A DNA stretch of 55,296 bases from Gammaproteobacteria bacterium (GCA_023257795.1 JALRBL010000016.1:1-55296); one strand, 5' to 3'. Shown: positions 37,115-47,275, counted from the stretch's first letter. The notes: generated by a model not told the origin, from the sequence alone. Numbers and translations: made by a program.

Positions 37115-38101
37115 TTGAACAATCCTATGAAAAACCATAATTTTACAAAATCTGCGCTCAAAACTATCGAAACAGAAATTGAAGCTATAAATCTTCTAAA
37201 AAAATCTATAGGTAAAGACTTCAATAATCTATGCCATGAAATTCTAACCTGCAAAGGAAAATTAATCATTCTTGGTGTCGGTAAATCAGCCCATATTGGG
37301 AAAAAAATAGCTGCTTCTTTATCTAGCACTGGAACCCCTGCTTATATGATGCATGCAACAGAAGCCGCGCATGGTGATATAGGATTGATTGGGAAAGAAG
37401 ATGATGTATTGATATTATCAAACTCAGGAGAAACTTCTGAAATAACATCGATACTCCCTGCCCTAAAAAGATCTGCAAGGAATATTTACTCTTTTACAGG
37501 AAGCAAAGAATCAACCATAGCAAAAAATAGCAAGCAATCCATCTTAGTTAAAATTAAAAAAGAAGCTTGCCCAAATAATTTAGCACCAACCTCATCTACC
37601 ACAGCTATGCTTGTTATAGGTGATGCCTTAACGGTTGCGCTTCTTGAGGCCAATGGATTCTCCTCAGAAGATTTTGCTAAAAGCCACCCTGCAGGCGCAT
37701 TAGGAAAGAGACTGACCACCTTGGCTTCAGATTTGGCAATAACAGGTTCAAAAATTGCGCTTGTTTCTGCAAAAGATTCTATTATTGATGCCGCAATTGT
37801 TATATCCGAAAAAAAACTAGGAATAGCGCTAGTCAAAGATACAAAAGGAAAAATTATTGGAGTCCTATCTGATGGAGATCTTAGGAGAGCAATCAAAAGC
37901 TCAAATGAGATAAAGACAGAATTGGTATCAAAACATATGTCAAAAAAGTTTATGACTGTTAAGAGTAACAGTTTAGCAATCGACGCTTTAAGGGTAATGG
38001 AAGAAAATAAGATTCTAACCGTAGTTGTAAAAGATACCAAAGCAAAGGATTACTTTGGAATACTTACAATGCATTCTTTACTTGAATCAGGCATTCTTTA
38101 A
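37115..38101 (+). CDS. kdsD: Arabinose-5-phosphate isomerase KdsD
   Basis: 328 aa with a SIS domain (GVGKSAHIGKKIAASL) and a tandem CBS pair. Confidence 0.92.
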   Translation: MNNPMKNHNFTKSALKTIETEIEAINLLKKSIGKDFNNLCHEILTCKGKLIILGVGKSAHIGKKIAASLSSTGTPAYMMHATEAAHGDIGLIGKEDDVLILSNSGETSEITSILPALKRSARNIYSFTGSKESTIAKNSKQSILVKIKKEACPNNLAPTSSTTAMLVIGDALTVALLEANGFSSEDFAKSHPAGALGKRLTTLASDLAITGSKIALVSAKDSIIDAAIVISEKKLGIALVKDTKGKIIGVLSDGDLRRAIKSSNEIKTELVSKHMSKKFMTVKSNSLAIDALRVMEENKILTVVVKDTKAKDYFGILTMHSLLESGIL

Positions 38102-38106
38102 CAAAC

Positions 38107-38490
38107 ATGAAAAAAAATAATCTAATAAAAATATTATTGACTATTCCTTTGCTGTTAACTGGCAATAATACAAACATCTCTGCAGAGAATGTTAGTTACT
38201 TCCCCGAAGAAAAAAAAGTTCAGCTTGCTGGCGATGTAACAGTTCAAATTAATGAATGGGAATTCTATGCTCAAACAGGAGATTTTTTATTAGATGAAAA
38301 AAAACTTTACCTGAGAGGAAGTGACAGAGTAAGCGCTTCTTTTAAGAATAAAATACGTTTGGTATCTGGGAGCGCTGAATATATAGAGGTTCAATTAGAT
38401 GAAAGCATTGTATTACAAGGAAGTGCTGAACTTATTTCAGGTCAAGAGACAATAAAATCAAACAAAATAAACTACAACTTCCCAGAATAA
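38107..38490 (+). CDS. lptA: LptA-like periplasmic LPS-transport protein (OstA fold, very short)
   Basis: 127 aa with a signal peptide (..NISA-EN). VQLAGDVTVQ...IVLQGSAELISGQETIKSNKINYNF parallels the E. coli LptA repeats. Sits directly upstream of lptB. Confidence 0.55.
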   Translation: MKKNNLIKILLTIPLLLTGNNTNISAENVSYFPEEKKVQLAGDVTVQINEWEFYAQTGDFLLDEKKLYLRGSDRVSASFKNKIRLVSGSAEYIEVQLDESIVLQGSAELISGQETIKSNKINYNFPE

Positions 38491-38495
38491 TTTAA

Positions 38496-39209
38496 ATGTT
38501 AGACATAAAAGATCTTTCAAAAGCATTTAATGAAAAACCAATAGTTAACAATGTAAGCATTTCAATTGCAAAAGGTGAAATTGTTGGTTTGCTTGGTCCT
38601 AATGGAGCTGGCAAAACTACCATTTTTTATATGCTAGCAGGCTTACTAAAACCAGACACTGGAAGCATAACGATTGACCATGAGGATATTACTTTGGCTC
38701 CGATGCATCAGAGAGCAAACAAAGGATTGGTGTATCTCCCTCAAGAAGCCTCAATCTTTCAATCATTATCGGTATGGGAAAATATTTATGGTGCTGCTGA
38801 GCTACTTCACAGTGATTTACAAACTAGGCAGGAAAAAACAAATGAAGTGGTTTACGCATTTAATCTTGATGGCATATTGAATCAAAAAGGAAGAACGCTC
38901 TCCGGCGGCCAAAGAAGAAGGGTTGAGATAGCAAGATGTATGTTATTTGATCCAAGAATAATCTTGTTAGATGAACCTTTTGCCGGAGTGGATCCTTTGG
39001 TTGTAGATGAAATAAATCTTATCCTTAAACAACTTCAAAGCAAAAATATTTCAGTGTTAATTACCGATCATAACGTAAACCAAACGCTTAAGATTTGCGA
39101 TAGATCTTACATTATCAGCGAAGGAAAAGTGATAGCATCAGGAACAGGGAAAGAATTGGTTGATAATAAACTAGTGGTTGAAAAATACTTTGGTAATTTA
39201 TTTGCTTAA
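38496..39209 (+). CDS. lptB: LPS export ABC transporter ATPase LptB
   Basis: 237 aa with Walker A GPNGAGKTT, signature LSGGQRRR and Walker B ILLDEP. Confidence 0.95.
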   Translation: MLDIKDLSKAFNEKPIVNNVSISIAKGEIVGLLGPNGAGKTTIFYMLAGLLKPDTGSITIDHEDITLAPMHQRANKGLVYLPQEASIFQSLSVWENIYGAAELLHSDLQTRQEKTNEVVYAFNLDGILNQKGRTLSGGQRRRVEIARCMLFDPRIILLDEPFAGVDPLVVDEINLILKQLQSKNISVLITDHNVNQTLKICDRSYIISEGKVIASGTGKELVDNKLVVEKYFGNLFA

Positions 39210-40468
39210 TGTCGATTAAGCTTATAGCTAAAAAATCTCTTCACCAAAGAATTGCTCTTACACCTGCTCTAAAAAAATCTATCGATATATTACAACTATC
39301 AAAATATGAGCTACTAGAAAGAATATCTGATATATGTCAGGAAAACCCTTTCCTCAATAAATCTGATGGGGAAGATTTTGTTGGTGATTTCTTGAATGAG
39401 GTTCCAGAGTCTCTTTCTTTGCAAGATTCTATTCTTCTTCAAATTCCAGACATCATAAAGGATTTAACTTATCAGGGCATTGCAAAAAACTTAACCTACT
39501 GTTTGGATGAAAATGGCTTAATTGATCTTGAATCGATAAACAAGATATCAACCGATCTCAAGCTAAGCACTCGCATAATATGTGATGAAATAATAGAAAT
39601 ACTGCAAAAAAATATTGAGCCAGCAGGTGTATTTGCAAGAAATAATAGGGAAAGCATTTACCTTCAATGCCAAAAAAGAAGGATGCCTAAAAATGTATTA
39701 GATTTAGTTCATCACCTGCTTTTTGATTATGGAGGTATGGAATATAAGAAAACATTGGAGCTTGTTTTGAAGAAATTTCCTCACGACATCATTGAAAAGG
39801 CAATGAATGAAATAGCTAAATGCGACTTGAGCCCTGGATTAAATTTTAAGTCTACACAAACAATAAGGCCTGATTTAAAAATCAACACTTCAAAAGATGG
39901 AGGTATCAGTGTTATCTTCATTAAAGATGACCTGCCAGATATATTATTTGATGAAAAACTCTCAAAAGATTTTCAATATGCTGACAAAACGAATAAGAAA
40001 GTAAAATCTCTGATAGATCAAGCAAAGTGGTTTATTTCTGCTATTGATAATAGAAATAAAACCCTAGAAAAAGTAGGCGTATATATGTGCCTCTTCCAAA
40101 AAGAGTTTATCTCAGGAAATAGAATAGAACCTAAGCCATTAACTAATATCGAGATTGCAAAAGAGTTAAATGTTTCTCCTTCAACAATTTCAAGGGTAAT
40201 TCGAGAAAAATTTATTTTGGTAGATGGTAAGAATGTAAGTTTAAAGAAACTTCTAATTCCATCAGTATCTAAAACGAAAAAAATGACTCCTAATGATTTT
40301 ATCCAAGAAATTTCTCAAATTATCAATACATCAAAAGATGCTTTAAGCGACCAAAAAATTACTAATTTATTAAATATAAGAGGGTTCAATATTGCTCGAA
40401 GAACTGTGGCTAAATATAGAAAAATTTCAGGCTTAGATAACTCAAGAAAGCGAAAAGCCATAGTTTGA
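39209..40468 (+). CDS. rpoN: RNA polymerase sigma-54 factor RpoN (short, 419 aa)
   Basis: Region I (LTPALKKSIDILQLSKYELLERI..ENPFL) and the C-terminal RpoN box ARRTVAKYR. Confidence 0.93.
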   Translation: MSIKLIAKKSLHQRIALTPALKKSIDILQLSKYELLERISDICQENPFLNKSDGEDFVGDFLNEVPESLSLQDSILLQIPDIIKDLTYQGIAKNLTYCLDENGLIDLESINKISTDLKLSTRIICDEIIEILQKNIEPAGVFARNNRESIYLQCQKRRMPKNVLDLVHHLLFDYGGMEYKKTLELVLKKFPHDIIEKAMNEIAKCDLSPGLNFKSTQTIRPDLKINTSKDGGISVIFIKDDLPDILFDEKLSKDFQYADKTNKKVKSLIDQAKWFISAIDNRNKTLEKVGVYMCLFQKEFISGNRIEPKPLTNIEIAKELNVSPSTISRVIREKFILVDGKNVSLKKLLIPSVSKTKKMTPNDFIQEISQIINTSKDALSDQKITNLLNIRGFNIARRTVAKYRKISGLDNSRKRKAIV

Positions 40469-40476
40469 TATAAAAT

Positions 40477-41841
40477 TTGCCCATGCAACCATTTAAAGGG
40501 CAAGATTCTATAGTAAGAGCTTTGCTGACTGATTATCCTGATCAGAATAAATCTTTTTCCTTAAATCAGTTAAAAAAAATTGTTGATGAGATAGGTGCGG
40601 CACAGATTGCTCACGCACTTGAATCTCTGCCTCCTGAGGAGAGAAAACTGCTTTGGTCTCTTGTTGATCAAACCATTGAGGGTGAGGTCCTTCATGAATT
40701 AAATGAAGAGCTTCAACAGGAACTTATCCAAGATATTGACCCAACTAATTTATTTGAAATGATTGGTGAACTTGAGTTGGATGAAATGGTTGATATCTTA
40801 CAAACCTTACCAAATCAAAAGTTAGAGGATTTTTTATCCAAAGTCTCTAAACAGGATAGAGACAGAATTGAAAAAGTACTCGAATATCCAGAAGATACAG
40901 CTGGAGGTTTGCTTAATACTGATGTAATTAGCGTCAAACCTCGTCACACGATAGAGGTCGTTTTAAGGTATCTAAGAGCTAAAAAAGAATTACCACACAA
41001 TACGGATAAAATATTTGTGGTCTCAAGAGATGATCAATATTTAGGAGAACTTCCCATATCAAAGATGCTTGTATCTGAACCAAACCTTACAGTCAGAGAA
41101 TTAATGGAGACTGATAAAAAAGCTATCAGTGCTGATACTCTTGATGCAGAGGTTGCAAGGATCTTTGAACAAGATGATTTAATTTCAGCTGCGGTTGTAG
41201 ATGAAAATCATAAACTTTTGGGAAGGATTACAGTTGATGATGTCTTAGACGTTATTATAGAAGATGCTGATCAAAATTTTTTAGGGATGGCTGGAATTGT
41301 TGAAGATACTTTTGCGCCTCCTGGCAGAGCTGCAAAGTCAAGATTCTTGTGGTTATCAATTAATCTAGCTACAGCCCTGTTAGCATCAGCAACAATTAGC
41401 ATTTTTCAGGAATCAATCGACAAATTGGTCTATTTGGCTATATTAATGCCTATTGTTGCCAGCATGGGTGGGGTGGCAGCAACACAAACGCTAACGATAT
41501 TTATAAGAGGCATGTCGCTTCAACAAATTAATGCATCGAACATCTCTTGGTTATTTAAAAGAGAGATTGCGGTCTCTATCATAAATGGTCTTGCGTTATC
41601 TGCATTAATTGGAACAATAACATTTCTTTGGTTTAACGATATTCTGGTAGCTTCATTAATTTGTATCGCGATGTGCATTAATTTAATTGCTGCAGTTGTT
41701 GCTGGTGTATTTGTACCAACTATCTTAAAAAGCCTAAATCAAGACCCTGCTATTGCAGGCAGCGTAGTGGTTACCACTGTTACAGATGTTGTTGGTTTTA
41801 TCTCTTTTCTGGGGCTAGCAACAATTTATGCTCTTAATTAG
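40477..41841 (+). CDS. mgtE: Magnesium transporter MgtE
   Basis: 454 aa with an MgtE N-domain, a CBS pair and the C-terminal 5-TM MgtE domain (GGVAATQTL, DVVGF). Confidence 0.93.
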   Translation: MPMQPFKGQDSIVRALLTDYPDQNKSFSLNQLKKIVDEIGAAQIAHALESLPPEERKLLWSLVDQTIEGEVLHELNEELQQELIQDIDPTNLFEMIGELELDEMVDILQTLPNQKLEDFLSKVSKQDRDRIEKVLEYPEDTAGGLLNTDVISVKPRHTIEVVLRYLRAKKELPHNTDKIFVVSRDDQYLGELPISKMLVSEPNLTVRELMETDKKAISADTLDAEVARIFEQDDLISAAVVDENHKLLGRITVDDVLDVIIEDADQNFLGMAGIVEDTFAPPGRAAKSRFLWLSINLATALLASATISIFQESIDKLVYLAILMPIVASMGGVAATQTLTIFIRGMSLQQINASNISWLFKREIAVSIINGLALSALIGTITFLWFNDILVASLICIAMCINLIAAVVAGVFVPTILKSLNQDPAIAGSVVVTTVTDVVGFISFLGLATIYALN

Positions 41842-44800
41842 AGTTAAGGGTAAGTAATTTTGGATTAGTAATTTCGCCACTTACTTTATAAGTGTAGTTA
41901 GATAAATCATTCAACTCTGATTGAAAAAGCTCACTAAAAATAACAGACCCAGCAACACCAGGAATACCGCCAATGATACCGGCATACCAAGGCAAATTTT
42001 CTTGAAGCCTTATCCTTAAACCTAAATTTAAATCTAGGGAATCTAGGTAACCATTTTTTTTAAAAATTGATCCCTGCCACTCCATTTTTGCAGCATTAGT
42101 TTCCACAAAAAAAGAATTATTGATCCTGGCTTTGTCTTTAGTGAAGACTAGCTTCCCTTCTACCCTGCTAAGCTCTGTTCTTGAATACTCGCTCAAGCTA
42201 AGATCTAAATTGACAACTTTACCAAGTAAGCGTTTTAAATTAAATATGCCAATCAGGTTCAAGACTGCAGAGTCAGCAATCTTTTCTTCAAAATTAAGAT
42301 CTTTGCCCAAGATAGATAAATTTCCCTCTATATCCTTGAGCTTTCTTAGATCTTGAAACTGGAGAGAGGCTCCAAATTTTAGATAATTAAATCCAGTCTT
42401 TGAATTTGATAGCATTGGTAATTTTGACGAATCTTTAAATTCATAAATTCCATTTAAATGATATAACTTGTTATCAAACCGATAGGAGATAAAGGCATCC
42501 TTAGATTCATAGGGTTTTATTGAAAAATATTCAGACTGAACATTGATCTTATTAAGAGAAATAGCACGAGAATTTTTTTGTAAATAAAGATCTAAGTTAT
42601 CAAGGTGTAATTTATCAATTTTGACATTCTCAAATGTTATCCGTGAATTTAAATTTGGTAAGGCTTCAAGTTTAAATAATGAGTTTTTTTCATCCCTTTT
42701 AACTAATTTAAGATTTGAATCTTTTACTATTATTCTTGCAAAGCCAGTTTTATCTGCAACCCAACTTAAATTTAGTTTCGGACCAGTGAACTGCATTTTA
42801 TCAAGATAAGAGTGATTTTGATCAAGAATAAGAGCTGCACGAATCTCATGCTCCTTATAACTTAAGTCTAGAGACCACTGATTTTCATTAATTTTTTCAA
42901 GCGTGGCATCCACACGAGCAGTCTCTTTGAGATCTTTACCAAAAATATCAATAGGGCTATTAACATTAATACCTATCAAATCCGAGTCCATTTTTGCAAT
43001 CAAAGAATTGTTGCCAAGCTTGATATTTAAGCGTGCGATCGAAGAGCCTGAAATATATTTTTTTAATGCAGCATTAAGATGAAGACTTTCAAGAGGGGCT
43101 AATAAATTAATGTTTAATTCAGGTTTGTAGATATCAAGAAATCCTGAAATATTTGAATTAAAAGATGTATCGTCAACACTAATTTTAGCCTTAGAAAATA
43201 TTTCTTTGAAATCAAGGAGTCTCACCTGATCTGACTCAAGTTTTAAAGCTGATATCTGACTTTTTAGCAAATATTGAAAACCTGATACAACAGTTGTGCT
43301 AGAGAATTCCTTATCCAAAAAGTTGTATTTGCCTTTGGTCATTGATGAAGCTTTGAGCTCTCCATTAAGATTCTCAAATATTTGTATTGATGTTTCTTTG
43401 AATAGCAAATCCTTGATATTAAAATCATAGATTCCACTTACTTCACTAAAGTGGATCTGTTGAATAAAAATATCTTTGGCTGTAAATAGAGCAGCATCAT
43501 TATCAATATCCACTCTTATATCTTGAAGCTGCATTGGAATATTTCTGAAATCTAAATTTTGAATAGTTGCTTGAGTGAAGTTTTTCTCAGGGGAATCAAA
43601 ATAAATCTTAGTTAAAAATTTATCGGCATCTAATTTGCTGATATTTCCCAAAAAATCCTTCAAGCCTCCTGAACGATTGGAAAGCAACCCCTGAATGTCT
43701 TCTAGGTTTATTTTTGATCCAGTCAAGTCTAGGCTATGTTCAAAATCAGGATGAGAATAATATTTAAGTTTGAAGCTTGATTTTAAATCTTTGAGGCTTG
43801 CAAACAATGAGACTGATTCATTATCAATACTGCTTGAAATATTGGTATTAAAATTTCTAATCAATCCATCAAATCCAATAATAGAAATATAGTTATCAGC
43901 AGCTTTAAAATTTAAACTTTGATTCTGATAAACCAAATCACCCGATATTCCATCAATCTTGGTAAAGTAAAGATTTGAAACTCTCCCGCTTTCTAAATGA
44001 GCAGAAAGATAGTTATTATTCGACCCAAGATTGCTAGCAAAAATATTCTTTAGATTGAGATCTAGGGTTAAATTTGATCTTTCCATAGAGAAATCTTTTA
44101 TATTTAATGAATCAAGAAAAGCGCTCCTAGATTGAATGTCTATAAACCCCAAAAAGTTTTCTAGACTAGGAGGCAAGGAGCCGTCATACATAAAAAGTTT
44201 CTTATTCTTATAAAGTCCAAATATATTTAAATATATTGGTTCAAAGGTAGCTCTATTTTTTACTGGCAAAACAGATAATTTAATCTTAGTTTTACCTATG
44301 CCATCTTTAACACCAAAATTTCCATTTACTAGAAAATGAAAGATATTGCTTTCTGAATATTTGTTATTAAGGTTTAAAAGCAAGCTTGGTTCTTTTACCT
44401 CAAAGCTTCCAGAATAAATATCTTTTTCTCTTCCTTGATAAATGGAAAGAGAATTTTTTAGAACTTTTTCTCCATTAAATTGCTGCACCAGGAGTGAATA
44501 AAATTTTTGATTAGAAGAAGAACTTAGCTCAATGAATTGATTAGTTTTCTGAGAGTAAAAATTTACACTCAGATCTATTGTATGCATTGCAGAAAGAAGA
44601 ATAGGTGATGCTACAGGACTATTTCCTGCTGTTTCAAGAGCATTATTGAAACTAACATTGCTTCCAGTAAGGTGGAAGAAAGTTGGTTTGAAATTTACGA
44701 TTGATTCAAGAAGAGAAATTCCTAAAGTTAACTCGTCAGCTATTAAAATTTCAATGCCTTCCTTTTTAATAAGCAAGTCACTGAATATAAATTTTGGATA

Positions 44801-44971
44801 AAATATATTTCTTTGGGCATCTATTTTGCTGAAAGTAATTTCAACTTTATTATCAAGGTTTACTGCTCTAGATATCAATTCTTTGGGAAATAAAAAGCTT
44901 AGGGATATCAGGACAATAAAAACCCAAAGACCAGCAGAAAAGATTGTAAAAATCCCTTTTAAGAATTTCAT
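41834..44971 (-). CDS. AsmA-like/YhdP-family large inner-membrane-anchored envelope protein
   Basis: 1045 aa with an N-terminal TM helix (IFSAGLWVFIVLISLSFLF) and a long beta-rich body. The C-terminus YKVSGEITNPKL resembles the YhdP/AsmA-like tail. Its ATGA overlaps the mreD stop, at the position yhdP occupies downstream of mreD in E. coli and Pseudomonas. Confidence 0.6.
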   Translation of the reverse strand: MKFLKGIFTIFSAGLWVFIVLISLSFLFPKELISRAVNLDNKVEITFSKIDAQRNIFYPKFIFSDLLIKKEGIEILIADELTLGISLLESIVNFKPTFFHLTGSNVSFNNALETAGNSPVASPILLSAMHTIDLSVNFYSQKTNQFIELSSSSNQKFYSLLVQQFNGEKVLKNSLSIYQGREKDIYSGSFEVKEPSLLLNLNNKYSESNIFHFLVNGNFGVKDGIGKTKIKLSVLPVKNRATFEPIYLNIFGLYKNKKLFMYDGSLPPSLENFLGFIDIQSRSAFLDSLNIKDFSMERSNLTLDLNLKNIFASNLGSNNNYLSAHLESGRVSNLYFTKIDGISGDLVYQNQSLNFKAADNYISIIGFDGLIRNFNTNISSSIDNESVSLFASLKDLKSSFKLKYYSHPDFEHSLDLTGSKINLEDIQGLLSNRSGGLKDFLGNISKLDADKFLTKIYFDSPEKNFTQATIQNLDFRNIPMQLQDIRVDIDNDAALFTAKDIFIQQIHFSEVSGIYDFNIKDLLFKETSIQIFENLNGELKASSMTKGKYNFLDKEFSSTTVVSGFQYLLKSQISALKLESDQVRLLDFKEIFSKAKISVDDTSFNSNISGFLDIYKPELNINLLAPLESLHLNAALKKYISGSSIARLNIKLGNNSLIAKMDSDLIGINVNSPIDIFGKDLKETARVDATLEKINENQWSLDLSYKEHEIRAALILDQNHSYLDKMQFTGPKLNLSWVADKTGFARIIVKDSNLKLVKRDEKNSLFKLEALPNLNSRITFENVKIDKLHLDNLDLYLQKNSRAISLNKINVQSEYFSIKPYESKDAFISYRFDNKLYHLNGIYEFKDSSKLPMLSNSKTGFNYLKFGASLQFQDLRKLKDIEGNLSILGKDLNFEEKIADSAVLNLIGIFNLKRLLGKVVNLDLSLSEYSRTELSRVEGKLVFTKDKARINNSFFVETNAAKMEWQGSIFKKNGYLDSLDLNLGLRIRLQENLPWYAGIIGGIPGVAGSVIFSELFQSELNDLSNYTYKVSGEITNPKLLTLNSN

Positions 44972-45450
44972 TTTATATCGAAGATATAATTCCTTCTTAT
45001 ATGTCTACAAAGACTGTATACAAGCGGCCAAAGCAATATATAAGAGATGAAGTTAAATAATAATTTTGAGTAAAAATAGCCATCGGGATACAAGAAAAGG
45101 TATTTAAAAGTGAAACCTATTGATCCTAGTAAAGCAAAAATCAAGCCTATCTGAAGATGAGAGAAAAGCCTCAATCGGTATGCATAAGTCCTAATAATCA
45201 ATGAAAATAGTAGAAAAGGAAGAATATGTGTTCCAATGAATGAAGCTCCAATAAAATCAATTAAAAAGCCAGTTACCATAACTATTATCAGAGAAAACTG
45301 TTGAGGAGCAGCATAGCACCAATAAAAAAAAATTAGATAGGTAATAGATATTTCAAAAAAGGGCTTATTAATAAGAGTAGTTAAAAAAGAGTCGGTTAAA
45401 TAGCCTCCTAGTAGACTTAGAGAAATTATAAAAAAGTCTTTAAAAATCAT
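44968..45450 (-). CDS. mreD: Rod shape-determining protein MreD
   Basis: 160 aa polytopic protein downstream of mreC. Confidence 0.8.
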   Translation of the reverse strand: MIFKDFFIISLSLLGGYLTDSFLTTLINKPFFEISITYLIFFYWCYAAPQQFSLIIVMVTGFLIDFIGASFIGTHILPFLLFSLIIRTYAYRLRLFSHLQIGLIFALLGSIGFTFKYLFLYPDGYFYSKLLFNFISYILLWPLVYSLCRHIRRNYIFDIK

Positions 45451-46217
45451 GTCTTAATAATATAAATATTTGGAGAAGTTCTTGGATCTGCAAGCAATGA
45501 AATAGAAATCTCTGTACTATTCTCTGAGGTGGTAACTCTTGATACACTTCCTACCATCAAGCCTTTTGGGAAAATACCTCCGAGCCCAGATGTGAAGACA
45601 GGTAGTCCCAAAATGTCATTTGTTTCAAAGCTATTTTTTTCAACTGTGCAATATAGATCCATTGGCACCCCTCTTCCATTAGCGTTGCAATAAATGCTTC
45701 CAAAGGATACTGGTAAATAATGCCTAGAGTCAGATAAAAGTATAAGCTTGCCGTAGTTACCTTCGCTGTCAACCAATTGGCCAATTAAGCCAGAAGAATT
45801 AAGTACTGGTTTGTAAAGGTAGCTATTTTCTGAAATTAACATTTCATGGACACCACAACAAATATACCTATAAGCATCAAAATTTTTAATAAACGCAGGA
45901 ACAAGATTATCTCCTTCTAGCAAATTACTTTCATCTGAAAAAATAAACTGTCTTGCTAAAAGGAATTCATAGGCTTGCTCAAGGGATTTCAGTTGAGCTT
46001 CTGTTTTCTTAAGATCATCCTTGGTGTCGAGCCATGAGCTAAAAAAATTAAAAATATTAGTCGTCATTAGATCAATAGTAATTACAGAAGATGTTTGAAT
46101 AATTCTGAGAGATTTTAAAAAATTGTCTTTTGTATCAAAAAATAAAACAAAGGAAAAAAAGATAATACAAAGAAAGTAAGAAAATCTTGAAAAATGTAGA
46201 GGCGTATTGCTCGCCAT
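45447..46217 (-). CDS. mreC: Rod shape-determining protein MreC
   Basis: 256 aa with an N-terminal TM helix, a coiled coil and MreC beta domains (VFTSGLGGIFPKGLMVGSV). Confidence 0.88.
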   Translation of the reverse strand: MASNTPLHFSRFSYFLCIIFFSFVLFFDTKDNFLKSLRIIQTSSVITIDLMTTNIFNFFSSWLDTKDDLKKTEAQLKSLEQAYEFLLARQFIFSDESNLLEGDNLVPAFIKNFDAYRYICCGVHEMLISENSYLYKPVLNSSGLIGQLVDSEGNYGKLILLSDSRHYLPVSFGSIYCNANGRGVPMDLYCTVEKNSFETNDILGLPVFTSGLGGIFPKGLMVGSVSRVTTSENSTEISISLLADPRTSPNIYIIKT

Positions 46218-46225
46218 ATAACTAA

Positions 46226-47275
46226 CTACTCAGTTGAAAGAAGATCAATATTATATTTATCCATGATCTCAAGAGCTTTACCGCCTCCTCTTGCAACACA
46301 TGTTAAAGGATCTTCAGCAACGATCACTGGTATTCCAGTTGAGTTTGAAATCAATTTATCTAAATCTCTTAATAAACCACCACCGCCAGTTAAAACAATA
46401 CCCCTTTCAGCTATATCAGCCGAAAGCTCAGGAGGTGATAATTCTAATGCATTTCTTATTGCTCTAACTATCCCATAAAGAGGATCTTTCATGGCTTCAA
46501 AGATTTGATTGCTTGTGAGGGTAAAGCTTTCGGGGATACCTTCAGCGAGATTCCGTCCTGTCACAGTCATTTCTTTTTTTTCAGAATCTTCGGTTGCGCA
46601 ACCAATATTAGTTTTAAGACGTTCAGCTGTAGACTCACCAATAATACACCCGTAATTTCTTCGAACCCATGATAGAATCGCCTCATCCATCTTGTCTCCC
46701 CCAATCTTAACAGACTCTGCATATACAACTCCGTTAAGCGAAAGAATTGCAATTTCTGAAGTTCCGCCACCAATGTCTACTACCATGTTTCCATTGGCCT
46801 CCTCAACTGGAAGTCCCGCTCCTATAGCAGCTGCCATTGGCTCTTCAATTAATTTAACATCTCTAGCGCCAGCCCCCAAAACAGACTCTCTGATTGCTCT
46901 TCTCTCAACCTGTGTAGACCTGCAAGGAACGCATACCAAAACCCTTGGACTGGGTTTGATGAATCTTTGCTCATGAACTTTTGCTATAAAATGTTGAAGC
47001 ATTTTTTCAGTTACTTGGAAATCTGCTATGACGCCTTCAGATAGCGGACGAATGGCTCTAATGTTACCTGGTGTTCTTCCCAACATTTTTTTTGCTTCAT
47101 GCCCAACCGCAACTACTGTCTTTTGCCCTCTTGACTCTCTAATTGCTACCACAGAAGGTTCATTGAGAACAATTCCTATATCTTTGGTATAAATCAGAGT
47201 ATTGGCAGTCCCAAGGTCAATAGATAGATCATTTGAAAATAGACCTCTTATTGCTTTAAACAAATTTAAATCCAA
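46226..47275 (-). CDS. mreB: Rod shape-determining actin homologue MreB
   Basis: [17 protein letters not shown]...[12 protein letters not shown]. The start is TTG (47275, or the TTG at 47263); no ATG is available. Confidence 0.96.
   Translation of the reverse strand: MDLNLFKAIRGLFSNDLSIDLGTANTLIYTKDIGIVLNEPSVVAIRESRGQKTVVAVGHEAKKMLGRTPGNIRAIRPLSEGVIADFQVTEKMLQHFIAKVHEQRFIKPSPRVLVCVPCRSTQVERRAIRESVLGAGARDVKLIEEPMAAAIGAGLPVEEANGNMVVDIGGGTSEIAILSLNGVVYAESVKIGGDKMDEAILSWVRRNYGCIIGESTAERLKTNIGCATEDSEKKEMTVTGRNLAEGIPESFTLTSNQIFEAMKDPLYGIVRAIRNALELSPPELSADIAERGIVLTGGGGLLRDLDKLISNSTGIPVIVAEDPLTCVARGGGKALEIMDKYNIDLLSTE

Noticed and set aside
37090-37329. N-terminal 80-codon extension of the mlaC ORF (track start 37329) overlapping kdsD
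   Set aside because: The extension has no MlaC similarity and overlaps the kdsD coding start. The internal ATG at 37089 gives a proper signal peptide and a normal-length MlaC.
37486-38040. 184-aa minus-strand ORF inside kdsD
   Set aside because: It is antisense to a full-length KdsD with SIS and CBS motifs and has no recognisable features of its own. This is a typical shadow ORF in AT-rich DNA.
41834-44971. The 1045-aa Asn/Ser/Lys-rich ORF, considered as a possible novel toxin, adhesin or repeat protein
   Set aside because: I saw no internal tandem repeats, RHS/YD, haemagglutinin or toxin motifs. The single N-terminal TM anchor, the beta-rich composition and the position right after mreD fit a YhdP/AsmA-like envelope protein.
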